NCBI GenBank assembly: GCA_050014195.1
Contig: JBEKDT010000011.1
Location: forward strand, 1-64,000
Length of the DNA stretch: 64,000 nucleotides
Direction of reading: 5' to 3'
From: Desulfomonilia bacterium
Lineage (GTDB): Bacteria > Desulfobacterota > Desulfomonilia > UBA1062
The position numbers and the translations under genes were made by a program. The first letter of the stretch is position 1. Every line of letters starts with the position of its first letter. This document shows, piece after piece, positions 48,665 through 58,928 of the stretch. The notes beneath the pieces are model-generated. The model made no database searches. It was not told where the DNA came from and saw only the letters and a program-made list of their open reading frames with translations.

Positions 48665-50374
48665 ATGGTTATGGGCATACTCGGTGCTGATGTGATTGTG
48701 GAAAGTTTTCTGGAGCATGGTCTGTGCAGGGTCTTCACCTACCCCGGCGGAACCCTGGCCCCTATTTTTGAAGCCTGCATAAAGCACAACATCGACATTT
48801 TCTGTGCACGGCACGAACAGGGATCGGGCTACGCCGCGTTGGCTATAGCACGCTTGACGAGGATACCTCAGGTGGTCATGGTGACTTCTGGGCCCGGCGT
48901 CACCAATCTGATCACCTGTATAGCAGACGCCTTCTTTGATTCTGTTCCACTCGTTGTTATCACAGGCCAGGTCGGGACGGCTGATCTCACCTGCGGCCGC
49001 AAGGTGAGACAATGCGGTTTCCAGCAGGTGGATACCATCGCTATCACCAAATCCATCACGAAAGGAGTCTTTCAGCCCCTAAGTTCTGGAGAACTGAGAT
49101 CTGTGATGAGCGATGCCTTTGCCCTCGCGTCGGATGGCAGGCCCGGACCTGTCGTAGTGGATATGCCCATGGATGTTCAGAGGGCTCAGCAGGACACAAC
49201 CATGGTGCCTGCCAGGAAACCCGCCGCGGTTCCGGAGCGCCCGCCATCCGGTTCCATAGAAAAAGCATCCCAGTGGCTGCTTGAGGCCAAGCGCCCGGTT
49301 ATCCTCGCCGGCCAAGGCGTACTGATGGCGGATGCATGCAAGGAACTGCGGGATTTGGCGCTGAGCATGGGCATACCCGTGGTCATGAGCCTGCTGGGAT
49401 TAGGGTCATTCCCCTCGAACGAACCGCTGGCCCTGGGATTTGTCGGGCATACGGGTAACCTTTATGCGGCGAATGCGCTCCAGCATGCGGATTATGTCTT
49501 AATCGTCGGCGCCCGCTTGGATTTGCGGCAGACCGGAACGCTCACCGACCAATTCGTTCCAAAAGGGAGAAAAGTTCGAATCGATATCGATCCCGATGAA
49601 CTGCTCTACCCCAGGATACAGGTCGACTTGAGCATTAACGCGGATGCCAAACAGACCCTCCGGGATATCCGCGAAGCCCTGCCTGCCAATGCAGAATTAG
49701 ACATAGAACCGTGGCGCAGACAGGTTGGGGAATGGAAATCTCAATACCGGCTGTCTTATGAGCGTAACAGATCGACGATCAAGCCCCAGCACATCATCGA
49801 GGCCACGAACGAACTGACCAAAGACCGCAGCACGGTTGTCGTTTCCGGCGTGGGGTCCCATCAACAATGGACAGCGCGTCACTTTTCCTTTGATTACCCG
49901 AACCGGGCCTGGTTGACTTCCGGTGGTCACGGCGCCATGGGCTTCGACCTGCCCACGGCCATCGGGGCGCATCTCGCGCGGCCCAATGATCTTATCCTGT
50001 GCCTGGTGGGCGACGGATCGCTCCAGATGAATATCCAGGAGCTTAAGACCGTGGAAGAAACCGGCGGGGCGATAAAGATCGTTGTCCTGGACAATAGCCG
50101 TCTTGCCATGGTCTCCCAGTTTCAACTCCTCACTTGGAAGTCCGATCCAGTAACCGGGTCCAAGAAGAACCCGGACTTTGCCGCCATTGCTAGGGCCTAT
50201 GGCATACGGGCCTGGACGCTGAAAGATACGCAAGCGATTCATTCCACCATCCAGGCGGCCCTCGATCATAAAGGTCCGGCCCTTGTGCATTGTCTCGTGG
50301 ATCATGGAGAGGATGTCGTGCCTATGCTTCTGGCGGGACAGGCCCTTGATAGGATGTGGCCGAATGAAGGATAA
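48665..50374 (+). CDS. TPP-dependent acetolactate-synthase-like enzyme
   Basis: YPGG, RHEQG, TSGPG.TN, GVGSHQ, SGGHGAMGF, GDGSLQMN..N. Confidence 0.9.
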   Translation: MVMGILGADVIVESFLEHGLCRVFTYPGGTLAPIFEACIKHNIDIFCARHEQGSGYAALAIARLTRIPQVVMVTSGPGVTNLITCIADAFFDSVPLVVITGQVGTADLTCGRKVRQCGFQQVDTIAITKSITKGVFQPLSSGELRSVMSDAFALASDGRPGPVVVDMPMDVQRAQQDTTMVPARKPAAVPERPPSGSIEKASQWLLEAKRPVILAGQGVLMADACKELRDLALSMGIPVVMSLLGLGSFPSNEPLALGFVGHTGNLYAANALQHADYVLIVGARLDLRQTGTLTDQFVPKGRKVRIDIDPDELLYPRIQVDLSINADAKQTLRDIREALPANAELDIEPWRRQVGEWKSQYRLSYERNRSTIKPQHIIEATNELTKDRSTVVVSGVGSHQQWTARHFSFDYPNRAWLTSGGHGAMGFDLPTAIGAHLARPNDLILCLVGDGSLQMNIQELKTVEETGGAIKIVVLDNSRLAMVSQFQLLTWKSDPVTGSKKNPDFAAIARAYGIRAWTLKDTQAIHSTIQAALDHKGPALVHCLVDHGEDVVPMLLAGQALDRMWPNEG

Positions 50375-51590
50375 AACACTTCTGGTTATTAGCGGTGGGT
50401 TCGAAGCCGTCCCGGGTATCCGGCATGCGCGGGACATGGGATGCCATGTGGTCGTCACGGACCAGAACCCTGCAGCGCCTGGGTTTCTTGAAGCCCATGA
50501 CCACCTGATCGCCAGCACGTACGATATCGAAGCCACCGTTCAGGCCGCCAAACAGTATGCGAAGAAAGTCCGTCCCATCGATGGGGTACTATCGATTGCC
50601 TCGGATGTCCCAATGACGGTAGCGAGTGTGGCCGCATCGCTGGGTCTGCCTGGCATCCCCATCGAAAGCGCCAGGATAGCATCAGACAAGTTGGTCATGA
50701 AACGATGCTTCCAGGAGAAAGGAATACCCATCCCATGGTTTTCCGAAATATCATCGCTGGATCATCTCAAAGATGTCGTCACCAGTCAAGCTCAACCACT
50801 GGTTCTTAAGCCGGTTGATAGTCGCGGTGCCCGAGGGGTGTTGCGACTGATCGGTGCCCTTGATCTCGCATGGGCCTATCAGCATACCCTGGCATGCTCG
50901 CCCTCGGGCCGTGTCATGGTCGAAGAGTACCTGGATGGGCCGCAGATCAGCACCGAATCTATCCTTATAGACAATCAGGGTTACACACCGGGATTCGTAG
51001 ACAGGAACTATGAGCTCCTTGAGCGCTTTGCCCCCCATATCATCGAAAACGGCGGGCACCAGCCATCGATCCTCTCCGATGAGGCACGGGCTGCAGTCTC
51101 GGAAATGGCTGTTGATGCCGGGCGGGCGATAGGCGTAACAACGGGGATCGTCAAGGGTGATATGGTATATACCTCCGATGGACCCAAAGTCATCGAGATC
51201 GCTCCTAGGCTCTCTGGCGGATGGCTATGTACGGACCAGATCCCGCTTGCCACGGGGATTGATTTTGTAGGAGCGGCCATCCGGCTGGCCCTGGGAGAGA
51301 ATGTGGATGCAGGGGATCTATCACCCTCTCACCAACGCGGTGTGGCAATTCGTTACTTTTTCCCTGCACCAGGACGCGTAGCGGAGATATTGAATACCCA
51401 GAAGTTTCTGGGCTCCGATTGGCTTCATAAGCTGATCTTCTTCGTCCAGCCCGGAGACTTTCTGGAACCGTACACGAATCATACGAGACGTGCCGGGTGT
51501 GTCATCACCACCGGAGAAACGCGTGAAGATGCCATAGCCCGCGCCCGGGAAGTAACCACAACCATCCGGTTCGTAACCACGAGGGAGTGA
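50364..51590 (+). CDS. ATP-grasp ligase
   Basis: DKLVMK, VLKPVDSRGARGV, VEEYLDG, VIEIAPRLSG. Confidence 0.88.
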   Translation: MKDKTLLVISGGFEAVPGIRHARDMGCHVVVTDQNPAAPGFLEAHDHLIASTYDIEATVQAAKQYAKKVRPIDGVLSIASDVPMTVASVAASLGLPGIPIESARIASDKLVMKRCFQEKGIPIPWFSEISSLDHLKDVVTSQAQPLVLKPVDSRGARGVLRLIGALDLAWAYQHTLACSPSGRVMVEEYLDGPQISTESILIDNQGYTPGFVDRNYELLERFAPHIIENGGHQPSILSDEARAAVSEMAVDAGRAIGVTTGIVKGDMVYTSDGPKVIEIAPRLSGGWLCTDQIPLATGIDFVGAAIRLALGENVDAGDLSPSHQRGVAIRYFFPAPGRVAEILNTQKFLGSDWLHKLIFFVQPGDFLEPYTNHTRRAGCVITTGETREDAIARAREVTTTIRFVTTRE

Positions 51591-53549
51591 ATGTCCCGTC
51601 TAAAACTCTATGCAATTTTTCACCTCAACCTGGCCTACTCCTCCATTGAAGAAGACCTGCGGACTGAAGTGATTCGTAGCTGCTACTGGCCGTTGTTGAA
51701 CCTAATAAAAGAGTATCAGGTCCCATTTGCTATTGAGGCCTCTGGTTTTACCCTGGAAACCATTGCGAGTTTGGATCCTAATTGGATTTCAACCTTCAAA
51801 GAACTGAACAAGCCGGATCTCTTCGTGGGAAGCGGCTATGCCCAGTGTATCGGCCCACTGCTTCCGGCTGAAGTCAACTACTGGAACCAGGACCTAGGCA
51901 TGCAGGTGTATAAGGATCTTCTCGGATTTCATCCCGAGATCGCCCTAGTAGGCGAGATGGCCTATTCGGCCGGGATTGTCGACGAGTATGTGCAGTCCGG
52001 CTACAAGGCCATTGTTATGGAGTGGAACAACCCCAAGAAATTTCACCCCGCTTGGCCGACGGAGCTCAAGTATCATCCGCAGCTGGCTCTCAGCGCCTCG
52101 GGTGCCGGGATACCTCTCATCTGGGCCGACTCGATCGCCTTTCAGAAATTCCAACGCTATGTGCACGGCGAACTCGACCTGGAAGAATACCTCACTTACA
52201 TCGCCGGGCATGACAACGGCACCCACAGGTACTTTCCCCTGTATGCCAATGACGCCGAGATCTTCGATTTCCGTCCCGGCCGGTATAAAACCGAAGGGCA
52301 GCGCCAAGGACGCGAATGGGAGCGCATCCGAAACTTATTCAATACCCTGAAGCAGCTATATACCATCGTGCCGCCGGCCGCGGTGCTGGGCGGTCTCGCT
52401 GATGATCTCTCCGGACAAAAGTTGCACCTGGAAGCACCCGGCCAACCCATCCCGGTCAAGAAGCAGGAGAAATATAATATCAATCGTTGGGCTCTGACTG
52501 GCCGTGACGACCTCGGCTGCAACACGGTCTGCTACCAGATCTATCAGGGCATGCGCTCGGCAAACCCCACCAGGGACGATTGGAAGGAGCTCTGCTATCT
52601 CTGGTCCAGCGATTTCAGGACCCACATCACCACCGCAAGGTGGGCGGCATACCAAAAACGCCTGCAGGATGCTTGCCAAAGGTGGCGAAGCAAGGAAATT
52701 CTTGAACGGAAAGACAGTCTCCCGATCCATACACCATTCAAAACGGACGGGCTTTGCATTACTGAAGACGCCCGCTACCTTGCCATCGAAACCGACAAGC
52801 TGGCCTGCACCCTTGATAAGGCCAAGGGTTTGGTGTTCAAATCCTTGGTTTTCAAGGATGTCTGTGCCGCCCCTTTGATTGGAACGCTACCGCACGGGTA
52901 TTATGAAGACATCTCCTGGGCGGTGGATTTCTTTTCCGGACATACGATTATCGAGACACCCGGGGAACACAAGATCACGGATCTGGGCCGCTGCGAAGTT
53001 GAAATGGAGCTCTGCGAGAGCTCGCTCCTGTTGGCTACCGTTCTGGAATCCAATGAGATCCGTTTCATGAAAACCATCGAAATAGATCTTGTGGACGGTT
53101 ATATCGCTCTGGGTCTCGACATCCACATACCTTCCCGGATGCTCGCAACCATCCATGTTCTCAACATGACCTTGATCCCGACTTCATTCGACCAGAAATC
53201 GGTGTTCTTTGCCACGCATTTGGGTGGCAAGGCTATCGAAACCTTCCACATAGGTTCAAGGGAGATCCACCATGCGCGCGGCCTTTCGGCCCTGGTGTCC
53301 GCGCAGCATGGCCTTGGAACGACGGAAGGAGAGATTATTATCGGCGATGCGGACAAAAGCTTGATCTTCCGTCACGACCAGTCATATTCAGCTTTAATCG
53401 CGCATGTCCATTTCTCGCCGATGCAGGATGAACAGTATTTCCTGCGACTGGAATATTCCGCCCAGGAAATGGACGAGACCTTCCGTGAAGCGCCGGAACC
53501 CTACCGCATCCGGGCGCGGGTTAAGATAGAAGCGAGAAGTCGTGGATAA
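51591..53549 (+). CDS. GH57-like (glycoside hydrolase/deacetylase barrel) protein
   Basis: FHLNLAYSSI, CYWPLL, SGFTLE, EMAYS, NDAEIFD, LWSSDFRTH. Confidence 0.65.
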   Translation: MSRLKLYAIFHLNLAYSSIEEDLRTEVIRSCYWPLLNLIKEYQVPFAIEASGFTLETIASLDPNWISTFKELNKPDLFVGSGYAQCIGPLLPAEVNYWNQDLGMQVYKDLLGFHPEIALVGEMAYSAGIVDEYVQSGYKAIVMEWNNPKKFHPAWPTELKYHPQLALSASGAGIPLIWADSIAFQKFQRYVHGELDLEEYLTYIAGHDNGTHRYFPLYANDAEIFDFRPGRYKTEGQRQGREWERIRNLFNTLKQLYTIVPPAAVLGGLADDLSGQKLHLEAPGQPIPVKKQEKYNINRWALTGRDDLGCNTVCYQIYQGMRSANPTRDDWKELCYLWSSDFRTHITTARWAAYQKRLQDACQRWRSKEILERKDSLPIHTPFKTDGLCITEDARYLAIETDKLACTLDKAKGLVFKSLVFKDVCAAPLIGTLPHGYYEDISWAVDFFSGHTIIETPGEHKITDLGRCEVEMELCESSLLLATVLESNEIRFMKTIEIDLVDGYIALGLDIHIPSRMLATIHVLNMTLIPTSFDQKSVFFATHLGGKAIETFHIGSREIHHARGLSALVSAQHGLGTTEGEIIIGDADKSLIFRHDQSYSALIAHVHFSPMQDEQYFLRLEYSAQEMDETFREAPEPYRIRARVKIEARSRG

Positions 53550-53627
53550 ATCGCCGAATCAGTGCTTTCGCATATTCCCTGAATTTGCTGTACTGATAAG
53601 GTGAGTTTGCTAAAAAGGAGATTTTTG

Positions 53628-56600
53628 ATGCGCGTACTCTTTTCACTCGAACCGCTTTATGAACTCAATGAGCCTGGCGTGATGGATACCTGGCTGCAAT
53701 GGTTTGCGCATATGCACGCACAGCTGGGTGCCATTATCCCCGGATATCAGGGAAAACTGCTTGCTTTCGACGGTATCACCTATAGGAACAACAAGGATTT
53801 TTTGGGTGATCGCATCCTCCTCTCACAAGCGGAAATACGTGGAAACTGGAAGTTCAGAGGCAATATCCTCAGCAAGATCGAATACGGTGACATCGATACC
53901 GAGATCGAAAATTACATTTGTCAAACCGTACGGGAAAAACTGGAAGGTTTCACGCCGGAGGTGGTAATCCTACTAAATACATCACCATGGCTGCGCAAGG
54001 TCTGCGCTGAGGCTACCTTCCTGTATACCGAAGTTTCCTGGCTCCATCGCCCTCCCTATCCGAACCATTGGCAGATCAATCCATTAGGGCTGGGAAAAGG
54101 CAAGGTACTAGAAGCCTATCATGACGAAATCTTGGGTCAAATCGAGTACACAGATGCCCAGCAGTACTTCACTTCGACGTTCAAGAAAATAGCCCAATCG
54201 AAGATTGTTAACAATCGTGATGCCGGCGATCTAGTCACATCACTTCGAAAGCTGTTCTCAAAAGTCATATTATTACCCCTAGCGGGCCGTTTCCCTTTTG
54301 ACAGGGACACACCAATCTTTGCATGGATAGACCATTTCATGCAAAATGCCCCATCGGATACCTGCTATCTCATTACGGATCACCCTCTTACACTTTCACT
54401 TCAAGCAGGTGAAGCAACCTATCTCAAATCGAAATACGGCAATGTATTCTTTGATGGAAAAATGCAGAAACCTATCGGCACCCAGTTTTTGATACCTCAT
54501 GTGGATGCCGTATATGGTGATTTCAGCAGTGTGGCGAATCAGGCCTTGTTTTTTGATGTCGATGTACTCTCATTTGCACAGGACATCGCCTTGAACATAC
54601 CCAGAAATACGTCTTCAAATCCGCTCAGCAATTTAACTTCCATGGCATCACCGGACCTCAGAGACAAAATCCTCTATTGGCTGTTGACCCATAGTAGCGT
54701 GCCAGCCCACAAATTGTTCGACGGCAAGTGGCTGCTGGACTTCATTACGACCGCGCGCACATGTGGCGCGGCTCAACAACCTTGGTTACAGTTCACTAAG
54801 CCGCTCTATGCAATGGACGAGTGGCAGCGGGATGAATGGTGCCAGGATTTCACGTTGCTCAGCCCCAACAACAAGACTACACAGGTAACACCCAGAATCG
54901 CCCCGACAACAGGGACTGACATCCAGCCCCCCCTTCAATCTTCGATACCGCCTTTGGTACGAAACTCCTCAAACGCCCCCACCATGAAGGGCCACACTAG
55001 CGAACAGATCGTGCAAGCCATTGCATTTTATCTACCCCAGTATCACCCCATCCCGGAAAATGATGAGTGGTGGGGGAAAGGGTTCACCGAGTGGACGAAT
55101 GTTGCCAAGGCAAGACCGCTCTTCCCCGGACATTATCAACCCCATATACCCGCTGACCTTGGTTTCTATGACCTCCGACTTCCTGCAACACGTGAGGCTC
55201 AAGCCGAATTGGCAAAACAATATGGAATTTCAGGGTTCTGCTACTACCACTACTGGTTCAACGGCAAACGGCTCCTGCATCAAATCTTTGATGAAGTCAT
55301 TGCGACGGGCAAACCGGATTTCCCCTTCTGCCTGTGCTGGGCCAACGAGAACTGGACAAGGGCCTGGGATGGCCGCCATGGAGACATACTTATTGAACAG
55401 AACTACTGCGAAGAAGATGATAGAAATCACATACGGTGGCTTCTGAGGGTCTTTAAGGACAAACGCTATATACGAATAGACAACAAACCCCTCATGCTCA
55501 TCTATCTCTCGAAAAGTCTTCCCAATGCTGGCAGGACTGTGGACATATGGCGCGAAGAGGCAAAAAAGAACGGCGAGGGGCTTTACTTGTGCAAAGTTGA
55601 GAGCGCTCCCTGGGAGTATGGAGATCCTCGTTTGAATGGTTTCGATGCTTGTGTCGAATTTCAACCTGACTGGGGCAATTTGGGGCCTGTCAAGAGGCAA
55701 TTGCCGAACGGACATGTTCTATATGACTATCCTACGATCGTCGAAAGAATGCTTAATAAGCCTATTCCTCCGTACAAACGCTTCCCATGCGTTACGCCGA
55801 TGTGGGACAATTCTCCCCGTAAGAAACAGGCCGCGTTGGTCATCAATAATTCCACACCAGATCAATATGAAAGGTGGCTGAGATCCGTTATCGGTAAACT
55901 AGAGGCTCTCAACCTAGACGACAATATCGTTTTTATCAATGCTTGGAATGAATGGGGTGAGGGTAATCACCTTGAGCCCGACGCAAAGAATGGGAAAGCA
56001 TATCTTGAGGCAACTAAAAAAGCGTTATCGATAACACCGCATCAGTTAAAAACCGTTACCAAAGAACTTGTCTCCATCGTGATTCTCACCTTCAATCAGC
56101 TTGAATACACAATAAAGTGCGTTGAAAGCATTGAAAAGCATACACCAGAGCCGTATGAGATCATCTTTGTGGATAATGGATCTTCTGATGGCACTCGGGA
56201 CTACCTAAAGGGGTATGCCAAAAACCATGATAACGTCGTACTTATTCTGAATGACGAGAACAAGGGTTTTGCGGGAGGCAATAACCAAGGCATCGCTCAG
56301 GCCAAGGGCAACTATATAGTATTGCTGAATAACGATGTGGTGGTTACCGATCATTGGCTCGAACGCCTCATCGCCCATTTGGAAATACATCCGGATATCG
56401 GTATGGTCGGCCCCATGAGTAATGCAGTGTCGGGCCCCCAGCTGGTTCCGAATGTCTCCTACGGAGACAACATGAAGGCCATGCAGAGATTCGCCCGAGA
56501 TTTCACTGCCGGATACGCGGGCAAATCGGCAGAGATTATGAGGCTCGTGGGTTTCTGCCTCCTCATTAAAAAGGAGGTGATCGATGTCATCGGGGGCTTG

Positions 56601-57212
56601 GACGAGAACTACGTTAGCGGTAATTACGAGGACGATGACCTCTGCCTGAGGGCCTTAATTGCAGGCTATAAAAACATTATCGCCCATGATGTTTTCATCC
56701 ACCATTACTGCAGCATGACATTTAAGGGCAATGCCATCGATCACCAGGCCACCATGAAAGATAATCACCAGTACTTCGCCAATAAATGGAAGGACCTCGT
56801 CGAAGTCAGAGGAAACGGGTACAGGGTCAGATTTACAAAGGAACAGCAGTTGAAGAAACTCATCGAATGGGGGGAAGAGAGGTTCTCCCAGGGGGATGTC
56901 CGGTCTGCGTTGAAAATCTTCGAGAGAACACTCCACCTCGACAGAACAAACCCCCAGGCACTGAATAACATCGGCGTCATCCAGTGGCAGCTGGGCGACA
57001 CGATCTCGGCCATGAATACCTTCCAGATCTCCCTGAGCATCAATCCCAAAGACCCTGACGCCCTGGGAAACCTCGTGCAGGCAGCCACCAAGACGGAAAG
57101 ATTCGATCTGCTGAAGCAGAATCTGCTGGATATCCTGAAACAGGAACAACCGGATAACCCTGATGTCGTGAAGCTCATCAATGCACAACAGAGCTCAGTG
57201 AGCACGATATGA
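53628..57212 (+). CDS. Multidomain protein: unknown N-terminal domain + WbsX/GH99-like + GT2 + TPR
   Basis: IAFYLPQYH..NDEWWGKGFTEW, NAWNEWGEG; VDNGSSDGT, LLNND, EDDD; ALNNIGV TPR; AAGGAG RBS. Confidence 0.85.
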   Translation: MRVLFSLEPLYELNEPGVMDTWLQWFAHMHAQLGAIIPGYQGKLLAFDGITYRNNKDFLGDRILLSQAEIRGNWKFRGNILSKIEYGDIDTEIENYICQTVREKLEGFTPEVVILLNTSPWLRKVCAEATFLYTEVSWLHRPPYPNHWQINPLGLGKGKVLEAYHDEILGQIEYTDAQQYFTSTFKKIAQSKIVNNRDAGDLVTSLRKLFSKVILLPLAGRFPFDRDTPIFAWIDHFMQNAPSDTCYLITDHPLTLSLQAGEATYLKSKYGNVFFDGKMQKPIGTQFLIPHVDAVYGDFSSVANQALFFDVDVLSFAQDIALNIPRNTSSNPLSNLTSMASPDLRDKILYWLLTHSSVPAHKLFDGKWLLDFITTARTCGAAQQPWLQFTKPLYAMDEWQRDEWCQDFTLLSPNNKTTQVTPRIAPTTGTDIQPPLQSSIPPLVRNSSNAPTMKGHTSEQIVQAIAFYLPQYHPIPENDEWWGKGFTEWTNVAKARPLFPGHYQPHIPADLGFYDLRLPATREAQAELAKQYGISGFCYYHYWFNGKRLLHQIFDEVIATGKPDFPFCLCWANENWTRAWDGRHGDILIEQNYCEEDDRNHIRWLLRVFKDKRYIRIDNKPLMLIYLSKSLPNAGRTVDIWREEAKKNGEGLYLCKVESAPWEYGDPRLNGFDACVEFQPDWGNLGPVKRQLPNGHVLYDYPTIVERMLNKPIPPYKRFPCVTPMWDNSPRKKQAALVINNSTPDQYERWLRSVIGKLEALNLDDNIVFINAWNEWGEGNHLEPDAKNGKAYLEATKKALSITPHQLKTVTKELVSIVILTFNQLEYTIKCVESIEKHTPEPYEIIFVDNGSSDGTRDYLKGYAKNHDNVVLILNDENKGFAGGNNQGIAQAKGNYIVLLNNDVVVTDHWLERLIAHLEIHPDIGMVGPMSNAVSGPQLVPNVSYGDNMKAMQRFARDFTAGYAGKSAEIMRLVGFCLLIKKEVIDVIGGLDENYVSGNYEDDDLCLRALIAGYKNIIAHDVFIHHYCSMTFKGNAIDHQATMKDNHQYFANKWKDLVEVRGNGYRVRFTKEQQLKKLIEWGEERFSQGDVRSALKIFERTLHLDRTNPQALNNIGVIQWQLGDTISAMNTFQISLSINPKDPDALGNLVQAATKTERFDLLKQNLLDILKQEQPDNPDVVKLINAQQSSVSTI

Positions 57213-57293
57213 CGGGCATGAAGGCCATCTCACAGACCACAACCTTTACCACAGTCGGACGTGGCAAGAGACCGGGCATGACGGTGTGACAGC

Positions 57294-58928
57294 ATGAAGA
57301 AACCGACCCTCGGTGCGATCATGATCGTGAAGAACGAGGAGAAGAATCTCGGTGGGATCCTCTCTGATATCAGTGGTGTCGTGGATGAGATCTGTATCGT
57401 GGATACCGGATCCTCAGACGGAACGATCCCGGTGGCCGAGTCCTTCGGGGCCAAGATCGGGCATTTTCCATGGATCGACGACTTCTCGGCCGCACGGAAT
57501 CATTCCATTGAACTCGCCAGCTCTGATTACCTGCTCTGGCTTGATGCGGATGACCGGGTGGACGAAGAGGACCGGAAGGCACTCGGTGCACTCAAAATCC
57601 GTTTGAGCCGCGAAAAGGACAAGGCCTACGAGCTGAAGATCCTCAGTAGCTCTAAGAACATGCCGAACATGGTCTGCTACCAGCCCAGGATCATCCCCAA
57701 CAGGAGGGGTGTGCGCTTTACCGGCCGAGTGCATGAACAGATCCTCCCTGCTTTGGAACAGAATGGTGTCATTATAGAGCCGGTCAATATCGTCATCCGG
57801 CACACCGGCTATCAAAACCCGGATGCCCGTCCTGCAAAGGCCCGGCGGAACTTGGGCATTCTCATGAAAGAGCTCCATGAGGGGAAGGACACAGCCACCC
57901 AGTGCTTCTTCATCGCCATGACCTCCATGGTCTTGGAGAAGTATGAACAGTGCCTCAGATACCTCACCATGGCCCGGCAAAAACGCACAGACGAGGACTG
58001 GTATCACATCAGCTTTACCATATCGACGGAATGCCTGCTCAGGCTGAAGCGTGTGGAAGACGCCCGGCAAGAGATCGCCCGGGGTATAGCCATCTTCAAG
58101 GAGAGCCCACTGCTGCACTATTATCACGGGTTCGTTTGCATGCAGGCCGGGCTGTTCACCGAAGCAGCCGGGGCACTCAAGAAGGCCGCCACCCTGCCGC
58201 CCGGGATAGATGCATACCCTACCCCGCCTGATCTGGACACGATTATCCTCCTCGAGTATGGCAAGGCCCTGGAAAAATTGGGGAGAATGAAGGAAGCCAT
58301 TGAAACTTACACGCGTGCCCTGAAGGCGGGAACCCGGCAGAAAGAGTTGCACTATGCTCTAGGCACGGCCTTGGCCTCAATTGGCGACATCGACACAGCC
58401 ATAACGTACCTTAAAGAAGCAAAGAACCTTGCTCCCACCACCGACACATCGCTTTTCCTTAGCCTGGCAAGGCTTCTACGATACAAAAAAATGTATACCG
58501 AGGCGCATCAAATCTATCTTGAGGCACTCGCTTATGAACCACATGACCTCAAGGCCTTGACGGGTCTGGTTCTCACAAGCGTGGCAACGAATGACATAGA
58601 GCATGTGACCTTGTCCCTTGAGACCCTGATGCACCAATCCGGCATGGACCCCAACCGTGAGGTACAGAACATTGAGGATCTTGCTAATCTTTGCGTTGAT
58701 GTGGGAAAAGCAGTCCTCAATCGTGGAAACCCCAGCGATGCAGCGACATTAGCCGAAGCAGCCTGGATGCTTGACAACAACTGCTGGATCGCGCAACTCC
58801 TTGTGGCGGACATAGCTTACCTTGAAAACAACATCCAACGCGCCATCTCCTCTCTCGAAATCGCGCTGTGTGCAGGGGCACCTTGCATGGAGGTAGAGCA
58901 GAGAATGACGCTCATTCAAAATTTATGA
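57294..58928 (+). CDS. GT2-TPR glycosyltransferase (candidate flagellin transferase)
   Basis: MIVKNEE, VDTGSSD, DDFSAARN, WLDADD, VHEQ, IRHTGY; TPRs. Confidence 0.88.
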   Translation: MKKPTLGAIMIVKNEEKNLGGILSDISGVVDEICIVDTGSSDGTIPVAESFGAKIGHFPWIDDFSAARNHSIELASSDYLLWLDADDRVDEEDRKALGALKIRLSREKDKAYELKILSSSKNMPNMVCYQPRIIPNRRGVRFTGRVHEQILPALEQNGVIIEPVNIVIRHTGYQNPDARPAKARRNLGILMKELHEGKDTATQCFFIAMTSMVLEKYEQCLRYLTMARQKRTDEDWYHISFTISTECLLRLKRVEDARQEIARGIAIFKESPLLHYYHGFVCMQAGLFTEAAGALKKAATLPPGIDAYPTPPDLDTIILLEYGKALEKLGRMKEAIETYTRALKAGTRQKELHYALGTALASIGDIDTAITYLKEAKNLAPTTDTSLFLSLARLLRYKKMYTEAHQIYLEALAYEPHDLKALTGLVLTSVATNDIEHVTLSLETLMHQSGMDPNREVQNIEDLANLCVDVGKAVLNRGNPSDAATLAEAAWMLDNNCWIAQLLVADIAYLENNIQRAISSLEIALCAGAPCMEVEQRMTLIQNL

